The translations under genes and the position numbers were made by a program. Shown in pieces: positions 1-14,559 of a stretch of DNA of 64,000 nt. Source of the DNA: the human T2T-CHM13v2.0 reference genome, Homo sapiens. The notes below the pieces were generated by a model. It was not told the origin of the DNA, made no database searches, and was given only the letters and a program-made list of their open reading frames with translations. How positions within the stretch are numbered: position 1 is the first letter of the stretch; each line of letters opens with the position of its first letter. Location: the NCBI RefSeq assembly GCF_009914755.1, contig NC_060925.1; one strand, written 5' to 3'.

Positions 1-774
1 ACTTATACAGATAACTATAATAAATGCCCTGTCTTCCTCAAGATCATATTATAAAAATTGTGTTAAAAAACTTATATCAAAATGCTTTACAAGTAATGTT
101 TTACATAAAATTTAATTATTATGAATAAATAGAACCTTTAAAAACTAAATCTTTCAAGATTATATTCATTCAAATGGAAATAGCTAAATTTGTGCATGAA
201 TATCAGATGACTTCTTCCTGCCTTGGTTACTAATGAATGGCCAAGCTTGTTTCTATAAATAAATGGGCACTGGCATATTTTTTAAAAAATACATGTGGCT
301 CAAGATTAGACTTCTTCCGCTTTGTGGTATCACATGTCTGACCACAGCAACTATTTTAAATCATGGTCTATGCTTTTAATGACATCTAACTCCACACAAA
401 GAGTCATCATTTTTATCTAGACGTGTGTGACGTGCTTGATTGCAATGTGTTTTTTTTTTGTGTGTGTGTGTTGTTGTTTTTCTCTTTATCATTTTAACAT
501 GCATTTCTATAATACTTTGGTAATCTTGAAAACACTCAGGTCACCTTACAACATCAAGACAGGCATAGACCACTGTTTCCTTAAGTCTATAAAGTTTTGT
601 TATAAAAATTGGGTAGCCAGCTGTTCTTGGCCTAACATTAATCTAATAAAAGTGTTTCCAAAGAAAGTTTATGGAATGAAAATTCATTGCTATTATTTTC
701 AACTTTAATTGAATTTTTAAATAAAAACACTAAAAACTAAACAATAGTATTGAATACTACTATTGGAATTCATA

Positions 775-888
775 GCTGGGCATGGCAGTGCATGCCTATA
801 ATCCCAGCTACTCAGGATGCTGAGGCAGAAGGACTACTTGAGGCCAGAAGTTTGAGACTAGCCTGAGCAATATAGAAAATCCTGTCTT
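775..888 (+). mobile_element. Free left Alu monomer (FLAM-like)
   Basis: gctgggcatggcagtgcatgcctataatcccagctactcagga...gagactagcctgagcaatatag: a single monomer, followed by a purine-rich tail. Confidence 0.8.
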
Positions 889-899
889 ACATGAAATAC

Positions 900-1032
900 A
901 GAAAGAAAGAGAGACAGATGGAAGGAGGAAGGGAGGGAGGGGGAGAAAGAGAATGAGAGAAAGAGAGAGGAGAGAGGGAGGGAGGAGGAGGGAGGGGGAA
1001 AGAGAGAAAGAAAGAAAGACAGAAAGAAAGAA

Positions 1033-1103
<71 letters not shown>

Positions 1104-1407
1104 GGGAGGGAAGGAAGGAAGGAAATAGAGAGAAAGAAAGAAGAGGGAGGGAGGGAGGGAGGAATGAAGGAAGGAAGAAAGGAAAGTAGGAAGGAAAGAG
1201 AGAAAGAAAGAGAGAGAGAGAAAGAAAGAAAGAAAGAAAAAAGAAGGAGGGAGGAAGGAAGAAGGGAAGGAAGGAAGGAAGGGGGAAGGAAGGAAGGAGG
1301 GAAGGAGGGAAGGAAGGAAGGAGGGAAGGAGGGAAGGAAGGAGGGAAGGAGGGAAGGAAGGAAGGAGGGAAGGAAGGAAGGAGGGAAGGAAGGAAGGAAG
1401 GAAGGAG
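900..1407 (+). repeat. Compound purine-rich microsatellite (GAAA/GACA/GGAA/GGGA)n
   Basis: Directly visible; source of the spurious ORFs at 808-1439. Confidence 0.97.
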
Positions 1408-2182
1408 CTGCAAAACGGCATGGACCAGAAACCTCTTAGTGGAGATCTCTGTATTGCTTGTCTATCTGGGTGGTGGGCATTCTGCCTACCCTAGACTCAG
1501 TCTCAAGCAGGGAGGCCAGTATTTTTCATACTGGAATTCCTACCTAGACTGTGTCTCTAATGGATGCATGTACTTTGCCACTTTAGTTACTTACTGTATT
1601 AATGAAGAAAATGTGACAAAGACTCATGAATATTTGGTCAGTTGTATTGGTTAAAAAGTCATTACTATTGTGGGTTTATGAGTTTTTGACAGTGTTTTAG
1701 AGTATTCAAAGGGTTTAACACATGCAGTGTATTGTCCCAGATAGAGCATCTACTTGAAGACAAACAGAGCTACATTCAAATCCTATCAACTTCTGCAACT
1801 TAATTATTTGTATTATCTTGGGGAAACAGATAATAATAGTGATAATAATAAAAATAGAGAGAAAGTGAGGAAAAAAGAAATAGAAATCAATCAGCAATAA
1901 ATACTAAAATAAAAATAATAGGGGTTAAAGGCATAGAGAATATGGACATGGAGAAGGTTTACATAAGTGTGTTCAGGGAAAGTCCCTGTGATGAGACAAT
2001 GCTGGAACCTGAAGGAACTGGAGAGGTGAGCTTTGTGTTTTTATGAGAAGAGCATTTCAAGGAGAATGGAAAACAAGTACAAATTGCCCAACCTGCCAAA
2101 TGGGATTTATCCCAGGGGAGGAATATTACAAAACAGCCAGGTAGTTCTAAGAATCCAGGTGCTGACAGAAAGTGCTGGGTAC

Positions 2183-2393
2183 TTGGCAACATGGCAAAAC
2201 TCTGTCTCTACAAAAAACACAAAAAATTATCCAGGTATGGTGGCGCACACCTGTAGTTCCAGCTCTCTGGGAGGCTGAAGGGGGAGGATTGCTTGAGCCC
2301 AGGAGGTCAAGGCTGTAATGAGACAAGATCGTGCCACTGCACTCCAGCCTGGGTGACAAAGAGAGATCCTGCCTCAAAATAAATAAATAAATA
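2183..2393 (+). mobile_element. 5'-truncated AluJ-type element
   Basis: End of left arm, full right arm and (AAAT)n tail; TSD agaaagt[g/t]ctgggta at 2167-2181 and 2394-2408. Confidence 0.9.
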
Positions 2394-2916
2394 AGAAAGT
2401 TCTGGGTAGAGCTGAAAAAGCAGCATATTTGGCAGAGATTCTCCACCCCATCACAATGCAGGCATAGCAGAGAAAGAAGAACTACATGGGGTCTCTAGAC
2501 AGCTGGACTTGGGAAGCTGTAGAAGGCTCCACTGCTCGAGCCATGGAAGAGCATGGAAATTGCTAGAGGACTGGACTCAAAGGGGTTTTCGTCAGAGACA
2601 AGGAGCATTCAGCAATGACCCAACTGGGCCAGCAACTGAAGACTCTACAGGATCAGAGATGACAAGGCCATCAAAGTAGCTCAACCAACAGAACAAGAAG
2701 GTGGTGTGGAGGGACTCCAGCATAAACAGAGGATGGCAACCAGGTGATCTCTTCCTGCCTTAATACCACAGTTATATGGAAACCCCAGAACAACCAGGTT
2801 TTGAAATTAAGTAAGAGGAGATGAGAAATTTTAATTTTTTAGATACATAGGTTGTTGAATTGATATTCATATTTCCTCAACTGTTGAGGGCAACAATAAT
2901 GCAAATATATATATGT

Positions 2917-2950
2917 ATACACACACACACACACACACACACTCACACAA
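2917..2950 (+). repeat. (CA)n microsatellite
   Basis: Visible tandem CA. Confidence 0.9.
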
Positions 2951-4199
2951 ACATACATTTGGCATGGAATACATATATTGCAGGCCAAAACATCCTTTTT
3001 ATTCCCTATTCTTCTGTGCTTTGGGATTAAGGTTATCTAAACTCTGGATATATCATCAATCATGTATACACCAAATCCTGAATGTGCTAGGTAAATAATA
3101 CTCTACTGTAATTAAAAACATAAATAACCGTTGTAAATTTGCTATCAAGAAGTACAGAGTGTCTGTCATGGGATCATAAAGCAAGGCTATCTGAGCTCGT
3201 CTGGAAGATCAGGGAAGGCATTCTAATTTGGTTTGCTGAGTCAGGGAGCCGTACCACAAGCCTGTCAAGTAGGTATTATAGGTATCATTATAGTTATTTT
3301 ACAGATGAGGAAAAGGGAGATAGTGTTTGCCTCTGGGGAACGTCAGGCACTGGGGTGCTAAAGAAGTGTCACAAGCTTTATTTAGACTTATCTGCAATTG
3401 TTTACATTTCATAAAGAAAATAGTTTTGTGTTTTATTTGTGTAATTAAAAATTCATTTTTACATAAGTTTAAGTAACTCATGCTGGAAGTCACCCAGCAA
3501 CTAAATGCCAACACTGGAATTTAACTCATTTCTATCAGGTCCCAATGCTCCTAACCAAAATGCTCTAAAAAAAAAAAAAACCAGCCCATTTCCAACAATA
3601 AGACAATGGGTATCTACATCATAGTAAAAATATACATATAATGAGATATTTGAATTCAAGGTCTGAGGTTCAGGTGCTTTTAATGTACAGAGTAGGTCTC
3701 CAACAGATCTGCTGGCATTTGCAACCTATTACTGCTGATGGGCAAGTACTCAGAGCCCTTATTTATGTTCATCCACTGTTCTACATAAAACTTGTGACAT
3801 TCCCTGGCTACTGGTGCTATAACTTGTGTATGCTGCTCTAAGGGATGAAGAAAAGACATGACACTTAAACAAACCCAAAATAAATATCAAGGGCAGCACC
3901 TGGGTCTTTGACATCTCCCTAATGGCAGAAATCTTCCCTGTTGTCAAATTTACACACTCTCATAAACCATACATTGCACACACCACCACCACCACCACCT
4001 CTGCCTCCACCACAACTGCCACCACCATTTTATCCAGCTCATCATTGGCAGAAAAGAGGGAAATTTATGGATAATTTGGAAAGTAAGAAAGAATGATAGG
4101 CCTTATTTTATCACAATGTAGGCATCGTGTTTTTCTGCTTTGGAAATGGGAAGTATATAAGTTAGGAATTCTTTACTATTACAGCAAAAATAATGCAAG

Positions 4200-4590
4200 A
4201 CAAAAATGTAATTAAGCATGAAAGGAATTTATGTATTAGAAGACTATTGGATAGTTCTCATCATCTCTAGGAGGCCCAGAAGTTGGAAACCTCCTCCCAA
4301 ATCCTGCTGCGAAACTGTCCCACAAATTGGCATCACCACCACCGCTGGGCACACACACTGCTGCTTTCAGGGCCAAAACCCCAGACACCAAGCACCATCT
4401 GCTGCTACTGGATCCCACAGCACTGACGTGGGTTGTAGCTGTCACCTCCTCACCACTCTCGCCGGCAGCATTCTGCAGTTCCTCTTTTTCATGTAACTAA
4501 CTTTCGATTCACATCCTGCCACAGACACATCTGATTGGCAGGTACTATGGCATGTGCCCATGTCATAGCTAAAAGAAAGGCTGAAACATT
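4200..4590. mobile_element. Probable ancient MaLR LTR (MLT1-type) fragment
   Basis: Motifs such as tgattggcagg...ggcatgtgcccatgtcatagct resemble old MLT1 LTRs; by eye only. Confidence 0.35.
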
Positions 4591-5463
4591 TGTAATTTTT
4601 TATTTATGTAATGGGAGATGGGCTCCATATTATAAGGTAGGGGATTCTTCAAGAAGTTTCGGTACTGAGAAATCAAATTGAATGACAAACAGGAACCAAA
4701 AAATGCCATGGTAGAGATGAAGAGAACCCAAAACCTCTTTTTCTGTCCTTGTTTCCTTTTCTGAAACAAGTGACTAAATACTCAAAGTCCATGGGGAATA
4801 TGACAGATCCATTCTAAAAACTAACACCTTCATGTTCAGCCAAGAACCAGCAAGTTCACATCTTACTTGAAGAAAACAAACCTTTGTATAAGTTGGAAGC
4901 ATAGTATCACAAAGTGGCATACAGGGGTAAATAGATGCCTGATTTGCTTCCAGTCAGCCAGGCCCAATAATGTCCTTCAAGCCTGCAGAACTATTGCCTC
5001 TGATGTTCCTCCACCACCCTGAAACAGAATCAATAGCGGCTGATCTTGTGTCTACCCGCAACCTTCTCTTTCGTGACAAAGCAACATGCAAGTGGAATCC
5101 CAAGGTAAGACAAATGTTGTCATTTTAGTTAACATTGATTAAACATAGTGTTTACGTCACTAAAATCGTCAGTACTATAATCATAAGTTCTTATTCATGG
5201 GCTATGATAATAACTATGTGAAATCTATTTCTGATTAATCTTTCCACCTAGTGCTTAAATATAGAATATTACTATATTCAATACAAATATAAAAACATTT
5301 GATTTATATTTATTTAAATATATTTTTTATCCCTAGTATATTTATTAAATATATTAATATAGAGTTATGTATCTAGATCTATAAAAGGGTCAATATTTCG
5401 GCAAAAATTTTGCTATTAACTTTTCAAGGAAATTACATACTGGCTTTTAATTACAATGGCCTA

Positions 5464-5482
5464 TGATGACACCTAGTGGCTA
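5464..5482 (-). promoter_or_regulatory. Candidate CTCF site
   Basis: Minus strand reads TAGCCACTAGGTGTCATCA, close to the CCACYAGRKGGC core with one mismatch. Confidence 0.4.
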
Positions 5483-6461
5483 ATGGGCATATTTTGAAAT
5501 CCCCAATTTGACCAATATAAATGATTTTTAATTTTTTTAAAATAAATACAGTGATAATGTTTCCTTTTGTGGATTTTGGCACATTTTTAAAGTAAAATAA
5601 ATATATCAAATTTCTCTTTCCTGTCACAAAGAAACTCTGAAAAAAGTTAACTGTAATTAAGAAAGACCACTTTTTAAAAATTGTACTTACATCGTCAGAT
5701 AATATATTAGCTATCAATCATAGTTAAAAAGGAAGAAAATAACATTATGCAAGTTCAAAGTGAATGTAGGCATTGTAATCAGTTAACCCTCTAAATTTAT
5801 AAAAATGTAAGGCAGAATCACTTAACGTGAAATTCCTGGGATGGAAATCATAGATTTATAGTCCTGATTGTGCCTCAAATTAGTTGTGTCCTTGAGCAAA
5901 TTGTGCAATCTCTCTGTGCCTCAATTCTATAATTAGTAACATGAGAAGGTCAGAATTTACAGGCCTTTTGAGCAATTTCTTATGTGAGACTCTACAAATT
6001 GCTGTCAGTCACATGGCCTTCCTCATCTAGGCACCTGTTCCTAACACAACAGAATATGAAATGCTCCATTCTGAATTCAAGGTTTAATATATATCAGCTT
6101 TTCTGACACATATATTTTCTTTTAGATCATAAATTCATAATATGTACTTAATATTTAATTCATTTATAGTCCCAATCTTGAAATGTTTGGTAATTTCATT
6201 AGCTATTGAACAAAATGATATTAATTTTGAATGCTTCCTCAAGTTGCTTCACTAAAATGAAAAAGGAACCACTAGCATCTTTCCTTAATATTTAATAAGC
6301 ATATATTTTTCACTTTATTCTAGAAATTTATAATTTTGCATAATTCTATTAAGTCTTCTCACAGACTTCCACTGTCTACATCTGAAGAGCTCTAGTCCTG
6401 ATAGTTTGAACGTTTGAACTCATTTTATAGTTATCCCTCCCTCTCCGCACTAGGCACCCCC

Positions 6462-6500
<39 letters not shown>
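6462..6500 (+). repeat. (CA)n microsatellite
   Basis: About 19 CA units. Confidence 0.95.
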
Positions 6501-6502
<2 letters not shown>

Positions 6503-6569
6503 AAATTCTTACCATCTTTGTCTTGCCATCTTTCTCTTCTTATATTTCAGTTTTCATTTTTTTCTTTTT

Positions 6570-8930
6570 TTAAAAAAAGTGGATTATTAAATATTTCAAG
6601 CTTAGAAAAAATTGTAAGTCAATATGTAAAACACCCATGGATCTATCACTTATTTTTGTAATCTTAACATTTTGTCATATTTTATTTAGTAAAAATGGAA
6701 TACTGCACAGACAATTAAGACCCCATATACCTATCCCCTGCCTCCATCTCTATCAGAAATCACTATCTATATTTAGAGTTTATAATCCACCTGCATGTCT
6801 TTATATTTTTATTACATATAACCAGGAGCAATACATGTACGGGTTTACATGTTTTAAAACATTATATAAATGTTTATATAAGTAAATATTCTTCTGCAAT
6901 TTGTTTGTACAGAAGTTGTTAATTTCAATGTAGTAAAATTTACCAATCTTTTTCTTTAAGTTTTATACCTTAGTTTTTCTTTAAGAAATCTTTCTGTAGC
7001 TCAGGGTCATAACAGGTTCTGTACTAATTTTTTAATTAAATCTTTAATATTTTTGCCTTTAACCCATTGTTTTGGGTATAATGTAAGGCTGGTATCTGAG
7101 GTCATGGGCTTTTTTTTCTATATAGATAATTGGTCATCCCAGCATCAATCTATTGAATAATCCATATTGTGCTCTGATTTTCACCTCTGTAGTATTTTAT
7201 TTTTCCATATGAGTAGGGCTGTTCTGTGCTGTACATTTTTCTATTTGTCTTTACTTGCACAGATATTATACCATTTTAATTTCTACAATTTTAGAGTAAA
7301 CCTGGATATCGGTTCTCTCCACCATTTTGGAAAATGTCTTAATTATTTTTTACTCTTTTTTGAGGTATGAATTATAGCAAGAACTTGTCAAAGTCAAAGG
7401 AAATTGCTCTACTGTAATTTTGCTTGGAATTACATTGAATGTATAGGTTAATGAAGACAGAGTTATATTTATAATATTTTCCTCCATGAACATAATATAG
7501 CTCCTTATTTATTTAGGTTCTCTGTTTCATGAAACTACTAAGTTTTCTCTAGAAACTCTTGCACATCTCTTGTTAAATTTATTCCTAGGTTCCATATAAT
7601 TTTATCACAATTTTAAATGCTATGGTTTAAGCTATATTTTATCTTTGCTTATGCTATATAAAGAAAAGCAGATTATTTTTACGTGTTAATCTTGTATTTC
7701 AACAGCGTAATTAAACTTTCTTTAGTGTCAAGTAATTTGCCTATATGTTCTTTTTAGATTTTCTTAGTAAGCTGATAGGCCTTCCCTATGACAATAATAA
7801 TTTTGTCTCTTCACTGCTAATAGTTATACTTGTTTGCACTTTGCACTAGGTGTGGCCTCCAGCAAACATTTAATAGAAACAATGACAGTAATAGGACAGT
7901 ACTTCAAAGGTTTTATTCTTAATATGACATTTGCTGTAAGTTTTTGGTAGAAACTCTTCACAGGATTCAGGGATTTCTCCTTTATTCCTAGTCTTCTTTA
8001 TTGTAAATCAGTATTGCATATTTATCAAATACTTTTTCTGCACTTATTGGGATAATCACATGACTTTCATCTATTAATGCGATGAAATACACTAAAATAT
8101 TTTATAATAGTAAAACTTCTTTGCATTCTAAAACAAGCCCAATTTAGTTCTAATGTATTCTTTTGCATATTAAAGATGAGCCTATAATTTTCCTTTCTCA
8201 TGTTGTCTTTCTTCGGTTTTGATATAGAGGTTTTACTAGTTTCATAAAATGTGTTTAGAGATACACTCATTTTCTATTCTTTGGAAAGTTTATGTCATAT
8301 TTGGATTTCCTGTCCTTTGCATAGTTGATTAAGGTTCCTCTAAAATTAGCTGGAGCTGGATTTGTGGTTTTGTGAGTGTGGATGAAGATAGGGGCATAGG
8401 AGGAGGTGTGCTGATGCACTAGGAGATGAAAATATTCAAATTTTCATTTAATTCCCATAATAGTTAAAGATCTATTCAGATTTTCTAATTATTTTTTGTC
8501 AGCTAAGTGACATTTTTGTAGAAATATGACCATTTATTTTTTGGTCATAGTATTCTCCTGTGATTCTGTTTCATATCTATTAGAACTGTAGATCTGTAGC
8601 CATGACCTTTTCTTATCCCTAATATTGTTAAAGGTCATCTCTCTATTTCTACTATATCACTTTTGTCAGAAAGACTTCCTTATTTTTACGTAGAAACAAA
8701 TTTGTTTCTTAACCCTTTTTGTATTCCTTTTCTATTAAATTATGACAGTTGTTTTTATTTCATTAATTTGTGCTTTTACCTGTGTACTATTCCTTTCCCT
8801 CTGATTTATATGTTTTTTTGGTACTGTTTTCCTATCTTCTTTGTTGATCACATAGCTCATTATTTTGCAGTTTTCTTTCTTTTTAAAATACAAGCATTTA
8901 ATGTCATATAAATTATCCTTAAAAAAATCA
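6570..8930 (-). mobile_element. Ancient, highly degraded L1M (ORF2 and 3' region)
   Basis: T-rich strand bias. ORF 8067..8270 (NTFYETSKTSISKPKKDNMRKENYR) resembles L1 ORF2p [25 protein letters not shown]. Confidence 0.7.
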
Positions 8931-8935
8931 TTTTA

Positions 8936-9517
<582 letters not shown>

Positions 9518-9704
9518 TCACTTAAGCATTCTCCCACAAATTCTGATACACGACATGTTTATTATCTTTTATTCACATTTTCCAGTTCCTATTTTGATTC
9601 CCTGTTTGATCCATTCATTATTTAGAGTGTGTTTTTGTTTTATTTTGTTTTAGTTTCTAAACGCATGAGGAATTTTTAAGACATCTTTTGAAGATTAAAT
9701 TCTA

Positions 9705-10580
9705 TTTTTTACATTTTATTGTGGTGTAAACACTTAACATGAAATCCACCCTCTTAACAGATTTTTAAGTGTACAGTACAATACAATACAGTGTACTGTT
9801 AGCTATAGGCACAATGTTGTATAGCAGATCTCTGAATTTCTTCATCTTGCATAACCGAAACTTTATATCCATTGATTAGCAACTCCCCATTTCTTACTTC
9901 TCTCACTCTCTGAAAACCATCACACCATTCTCTGCCTTTAGAAGTTTGACTCTTTTAGATAGATTATTTCTCATAGAAGTGGAATCATGCAGTGTTTGTC
10001 CTGTGACTGGCTTACTCCCCTTAACATAATTTCCTTAAGATTCATCCATTTTGTTGCATATTGCAGGATTTCCTTCTTTTTTAAGGCTAAATAACATTCC
10101 ATTGTATGTATATACCACATTTGCTTTATCCATTTTCTCAGCTCTTTAGGTTATTTTTATATATAGGCTATTGTGAATAATGCTGAAATGAACATGGAAA
10201 TGCTAATATCTCTTTAAAATCCTGATTTCAATTTTTTTGGTTAAATACCAAATTTGCTAGATCTCATGGTAGTTTTTTTTAATTTTTTGAGGAAACTCCT
10301 TACTGTTTTCCATAGTTGCTACAACATTTGGCATTCCCATCAAGAGTGTACAAGGGTTCTGATTGTTCTACATCCTCACCAACACTAGTCTTTGGTTCTT
10401 TGACAGTAGCCTCTTAACAGGTGTGAGATGACATTTCATTGTGGTTTTGACTTGCATTTCCCTGATGATTAGTGACACTGAGTAGCTTTTCATATATCTG
10501 TTACATGTTTTTACGTCTTCTTTGAAAATATGTCTATACAATTCTTTTTAATTGGGCTTTTGTGTTATTGAGTGGCGGGA
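9705..10580 (-). mobile_element. L1MA/L1MB-type 3' end
   Basis: Antisense L1 3' UTR/ORF2-end motifs (agtggaatcatgcagt, cattgtggttttgacttgcatttccctgatgattagtga). Confidence 0.8.
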
Positions 10581-11160
10581 TTTCCTTACCCTTAAAACCC
10601 ACAAAACTATGGCATGAATATACACATAGCAAAGTATAAAGTTTATTTTTATAATACCTACTTTATTCCCACTACAAGGATGCCAGGACACTTTAACTCT
10701 CATGAAGCCCCTCTTAACCTTCTCATTATTGTTGGCAGCATTTTAGTTCCACTTTTTTCATATCACTGAAATTATTATTATTGTTCATACAAACAATAGT
10801 TGTGTATGTAAAACTCCACGTGTACCACTTTCTCTGTTCACCATTTCTTTTTTGCATCTCAATCTCCCTGTAGCTCTAATTTTTTTCTTTCTTTAGTATA
10901 TGCATTTGAATCTTTCATTGAGAATCAAATAGTACGTATAGAACTTTAAATATATACAGAATGTGTAGTTGTTTTCTCTTAATATTTGAATAAAATTTTC
11001 CATTATTTTCTTGTTTCTGTTTTTGCTGCTGAGGTATCTGCAATTATTATTTCAAAGCAATCTTTTATTTAAGTCTAATTACTATTAATTTTTTCTCTTT
11101 TACTTTGGCAAAATTCTACAATTTTATCATGCTGTATCAACATGTGGAGGTACTGATATA

Positions 11161-11194
11161 AAGATAGATGTATAGATAGATAAACGGATGGATG

Positions 11195-11236
<42 letters not shown>
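11161..11236 (+). repeat. (GATA)n/(GATG)n tetranucleotide STR
   Basis: About 10 perfect GATA units plus imperfect flank. Confidence 0.95.
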
Positions 11237-11237
<1 letters not shown>

Positions 11238-13314
11238 TTCTGCTCAGGATTTAAACATAGTGAATCTTATTAATCTTTTATTAGATATGAAAATTCTCAC
11301 CAAATTACCTTACATACTTAATCTTATTATATCATCATGCTATTTTTTGAATAATGTTCTTAGGTCCATCTATTAGTTCACAAATTCTTCCTTTAGCTAA
11401 TCTGTTGCTTAATCTGTCCACTAGTTTGTTTTTTAGTGATTATATTTCTTACCTCCAAAAGTCATCTGTTTTGTTTTCACATCTGCTTAATCTTTTGAAA
11501 TAAGGTTTTGTTGTTTTCAAAATTGAGAATCTTTTTTTAAAATAGATTATTCAGTTTAAATATTTTTGTTTTATAGTTTCTATTCAGCAATTCTATTAGC
11601 TGAAGGTCTTAGGAATCTAATCTCGCTTCTTTTTTAATCTGGTATGTTTTCATGAGGGTTTGTTTGCTTGTGTGTTTGTAAATTTTGGATATTAAGCTCA
11701 TCTTCAGCATAGATTTATCCATAGGAGTCTTGTGTGGCCTGTGTTTACAGATGTCATTCCGGGGATATATTGTCTGCTTTCTGCTAGGTGCCCCAAGGAT
11801 ATTACCAGCCCAAACTACTTTTTACATTGATTCCTCACTTGAGAATTTTAGGAGCTCATGGATAGGGTAAATTTAAATCCCATTACCATGATTACAAATT
11901 ATCACAGAAGGCTTCATTTTTTTCATCTGCAGCCCAGGGCCAAGAGAGCTAAGCTTTCTTGTTGTCTCCTATGCCACTGGAAAGATATTTTCTAGTTCAA
12001 CCTATTTCTGATGGTTATCCCTCTGAAAAACACAGATTAGAGGGTTGGTGGATCTCAATACAAACTTCCCACATGTACATGCATCATACCCCAGGTGCTA
12101 GCTTCCTTCTTTTTCCTTAACCAGGAAAGAAACAAAAAAGATTATTTGCCAGGCTGAGTCACAATTCCAGTTTTCCATCCTACCATTATGATTTTCAATT
12201 CCCACTTTGTATAGGAAATTGAGAATTTTCCTTTCTTACTAGTAAGAGCAACCATGAATTTAAAATAATTTTAAAACTATTTTAGCCAGAAAATCTCTTT
12301 GTTTTGTAATGGAAGCATTTTCAGTTACTTGGTTGGTTCAAAACATTGCTGGAAATAAAAATAGTCACCTTCTTTCCCATTCATTTACAATCTCCTTGAG
12401 TTGACAGCAACAGTGTACATAAGCTAGGGGTAACTACAGATAAAATACTGCTTTCCATTATAAGTGAAAACACTGTTCTCAAATAATGGCCATGATCACT
12501 AATCTTTTAAAGGTATATATAGTGAATTGGCATTATCATGGGAAAATATTATCAGCAACAAAATAATATTAATAAAATTTATCAATTATTAAGCACTTGA
12601 GATGTATTAGTTATTACTAATCCTTATAATAATTTTCCTCAGAAAACTAACATTTATAATATAAAGTAACTTGTTCATAATCATGCACATAGTTTGATGA
12701 CTCAGTTGGGAATATAGGTCCTTCTCTTTCTAACACCAAAATTGGTTATCTGTACATCAAGGGCTTCCATATGTCATAATTGACCATGATTCATGTTGCT
12801 TATTTGGGATTTGTTTATCTAGCAACTCTTTAACTCAAGCTTGCCCAAGTAAAACTCTCTATCTTTGTCTTGTTCGCTATATTCACATCTATCAGCATGT
12901 ATATGCAGAACTTATTTAATCTGTAAACCTGCCTAAATTGTTGCAAATAGAGATTAAAGTCATAAAAAATATGCAAAATGCAATTAAGCATACAGACTGT
13001 GTCTTATTTATCTGTATAATCTACTGTTTCACATAGTACATGACTTTTTAATACATAAAGTCAAAGTGATCTGAAAATACTTTAATTCCTAATATTGTAA
13101 ATATTTATCTAAGTGCTTCATAAAGTACCTTATAGCTTACAATAAAATATATTATAAATACAATCTTTCTTATAAATATTGAAACATCAGTCCTTAGCAC
13201 TATGTCTATAAAAACCTGGAACATTTATTTTATGCAAAAAAAAAGAGAACAGCTGAATTTTAAGATTTAAAAATTTAAAACCATAATCTGTCAAGTAATA
13301 AATGTGTGAAATTT

Positions 13315-13507
13315 CACTGGGGCCTGTTGTGGGGTGGGGGGAGGCGGGAGGGATAGCATTAGGAGATATACCTAGTGTTAAATGACGAGTTAATGGGTGC
13401 AGCACACCAACATGGCACATGTATACATATGTAACTAACCTGCACGTTGTGCACATGTACCCTAAAACTTAAAGTATAATTTAAAATATATATATATGAA
13501 ATAAAAA
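13315..13507 (+). mobile_element. Short 5'-truncated young L1PA 3' end (L1PA3-like)
   Basis: G-rich tract and ...catgtaccctaaaacttaaagtataat; 18-bp TSD aataa[a/g]tgtgtgaaattt at 13297-13314 and 13508-13525. Confidence 0.92.
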
Positions 13508-14253
13508 AATAAGTGTGTGAAATTTAACAAATTTAAGTGTGCAAAAATCTTTATTTTTTTAAAGTGGACATATGTTCTGTCGGTAAGTTTAGACTTGCTA
13601 TGAAATAAACCACAATGTAACTTAAGCCATGGAGTTCCGGGAGGACTGTGGCATCTTGATGTGATCCATGGCAATAACCAAAAAATAGGACACATTTCTG
13701 TCATCCCTCACCCTCCTCCACTTCCAGGATTGGCCTGGGACAGGAAGGTATAGCCACCCTGTGTTATAACTAAGTAACAAATATTAGTTTCCTGAGGAAA
13801 ATTATTATAAGGATTAGTAATAACTAATACATTCCATTGCTTAGTAACTGGCTCTCATCTTCTCAGGAAAGAAGCTTCTTGCTGCTACTCAGAATTTTTT
13901 TCCCTTCTCTGATACTAAAACTCTTTATTTAACCTGGGAACAGAGGTGGAAAAATTTCTACTTGCCCCCAAAATTTATATTTTATATTCTGATTTAGGCA
14001 TTTGAACTTTGAAAGCCCAGTAATCCTATTTTGTTGTTGTAGTTGTGTATCACCTGCACGCTGTGTATCATCCTTCCCTGAAGCAGTGGAAGCTGCAGGT
14101 CTGGCTGCCCAGATGTTTGGGATAGGTGGGAGTGGTAGAGTGTGGAAAGGTAAAGAAATTTTTAGAGAAAGAAAGTGATTTGCCTACTTGATCTACCAAG
14201 AAAAGACAAGTCGTGGAAGCCAATAAAAGTTGGCTTAAACAGGAGTAAAGATA

Positions 14254-14332
14254 TTAGCTTGAACCACATAAAGTTATCCATATGCTACCATTTTTACCTT
14301 ATAAAAACACAATTTCATATGGTTCAACCTAA
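14254..14332. mobile_element. MADE2-like mariner-derived MITE (~80 bp)
   Basis: TIRs ttagcttgaaccacataaa ... ttcatatggttcaacctaa, flanked by TA on both sides. Confidence 0.8.
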
Positions 14333-14559
14333 TAAAAGTGTTATGTTATGAGTCAGTTCATCTCACATAATGTATTCTCTCTTCAGCAGAAATCAAGGAC
14401 CATTCTCAATCTTTATTTCCATGTTAAGGAGGAATATAATTTCCTTCATAATGCCATCCTAAGAGACTAGGGTTGTCAACTGTCCATCATCAAAGAGTTT
14501 TTCCATTTCATTATAATGTAAAGTCTATTTGGGCAGATTGTGAAGCCTAGGGAGTGGTA

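Noticed and set aside
742-765. Small inverted repeat caatagta...tactattg
   Set aside because: An 8-bp AT-rich stem, expected by chance.
808-1439. Long ORFs up to 201 aa (LPSF/ERKE-rich)
   Set aside because: Translations of a stop-free purine microsatellite.
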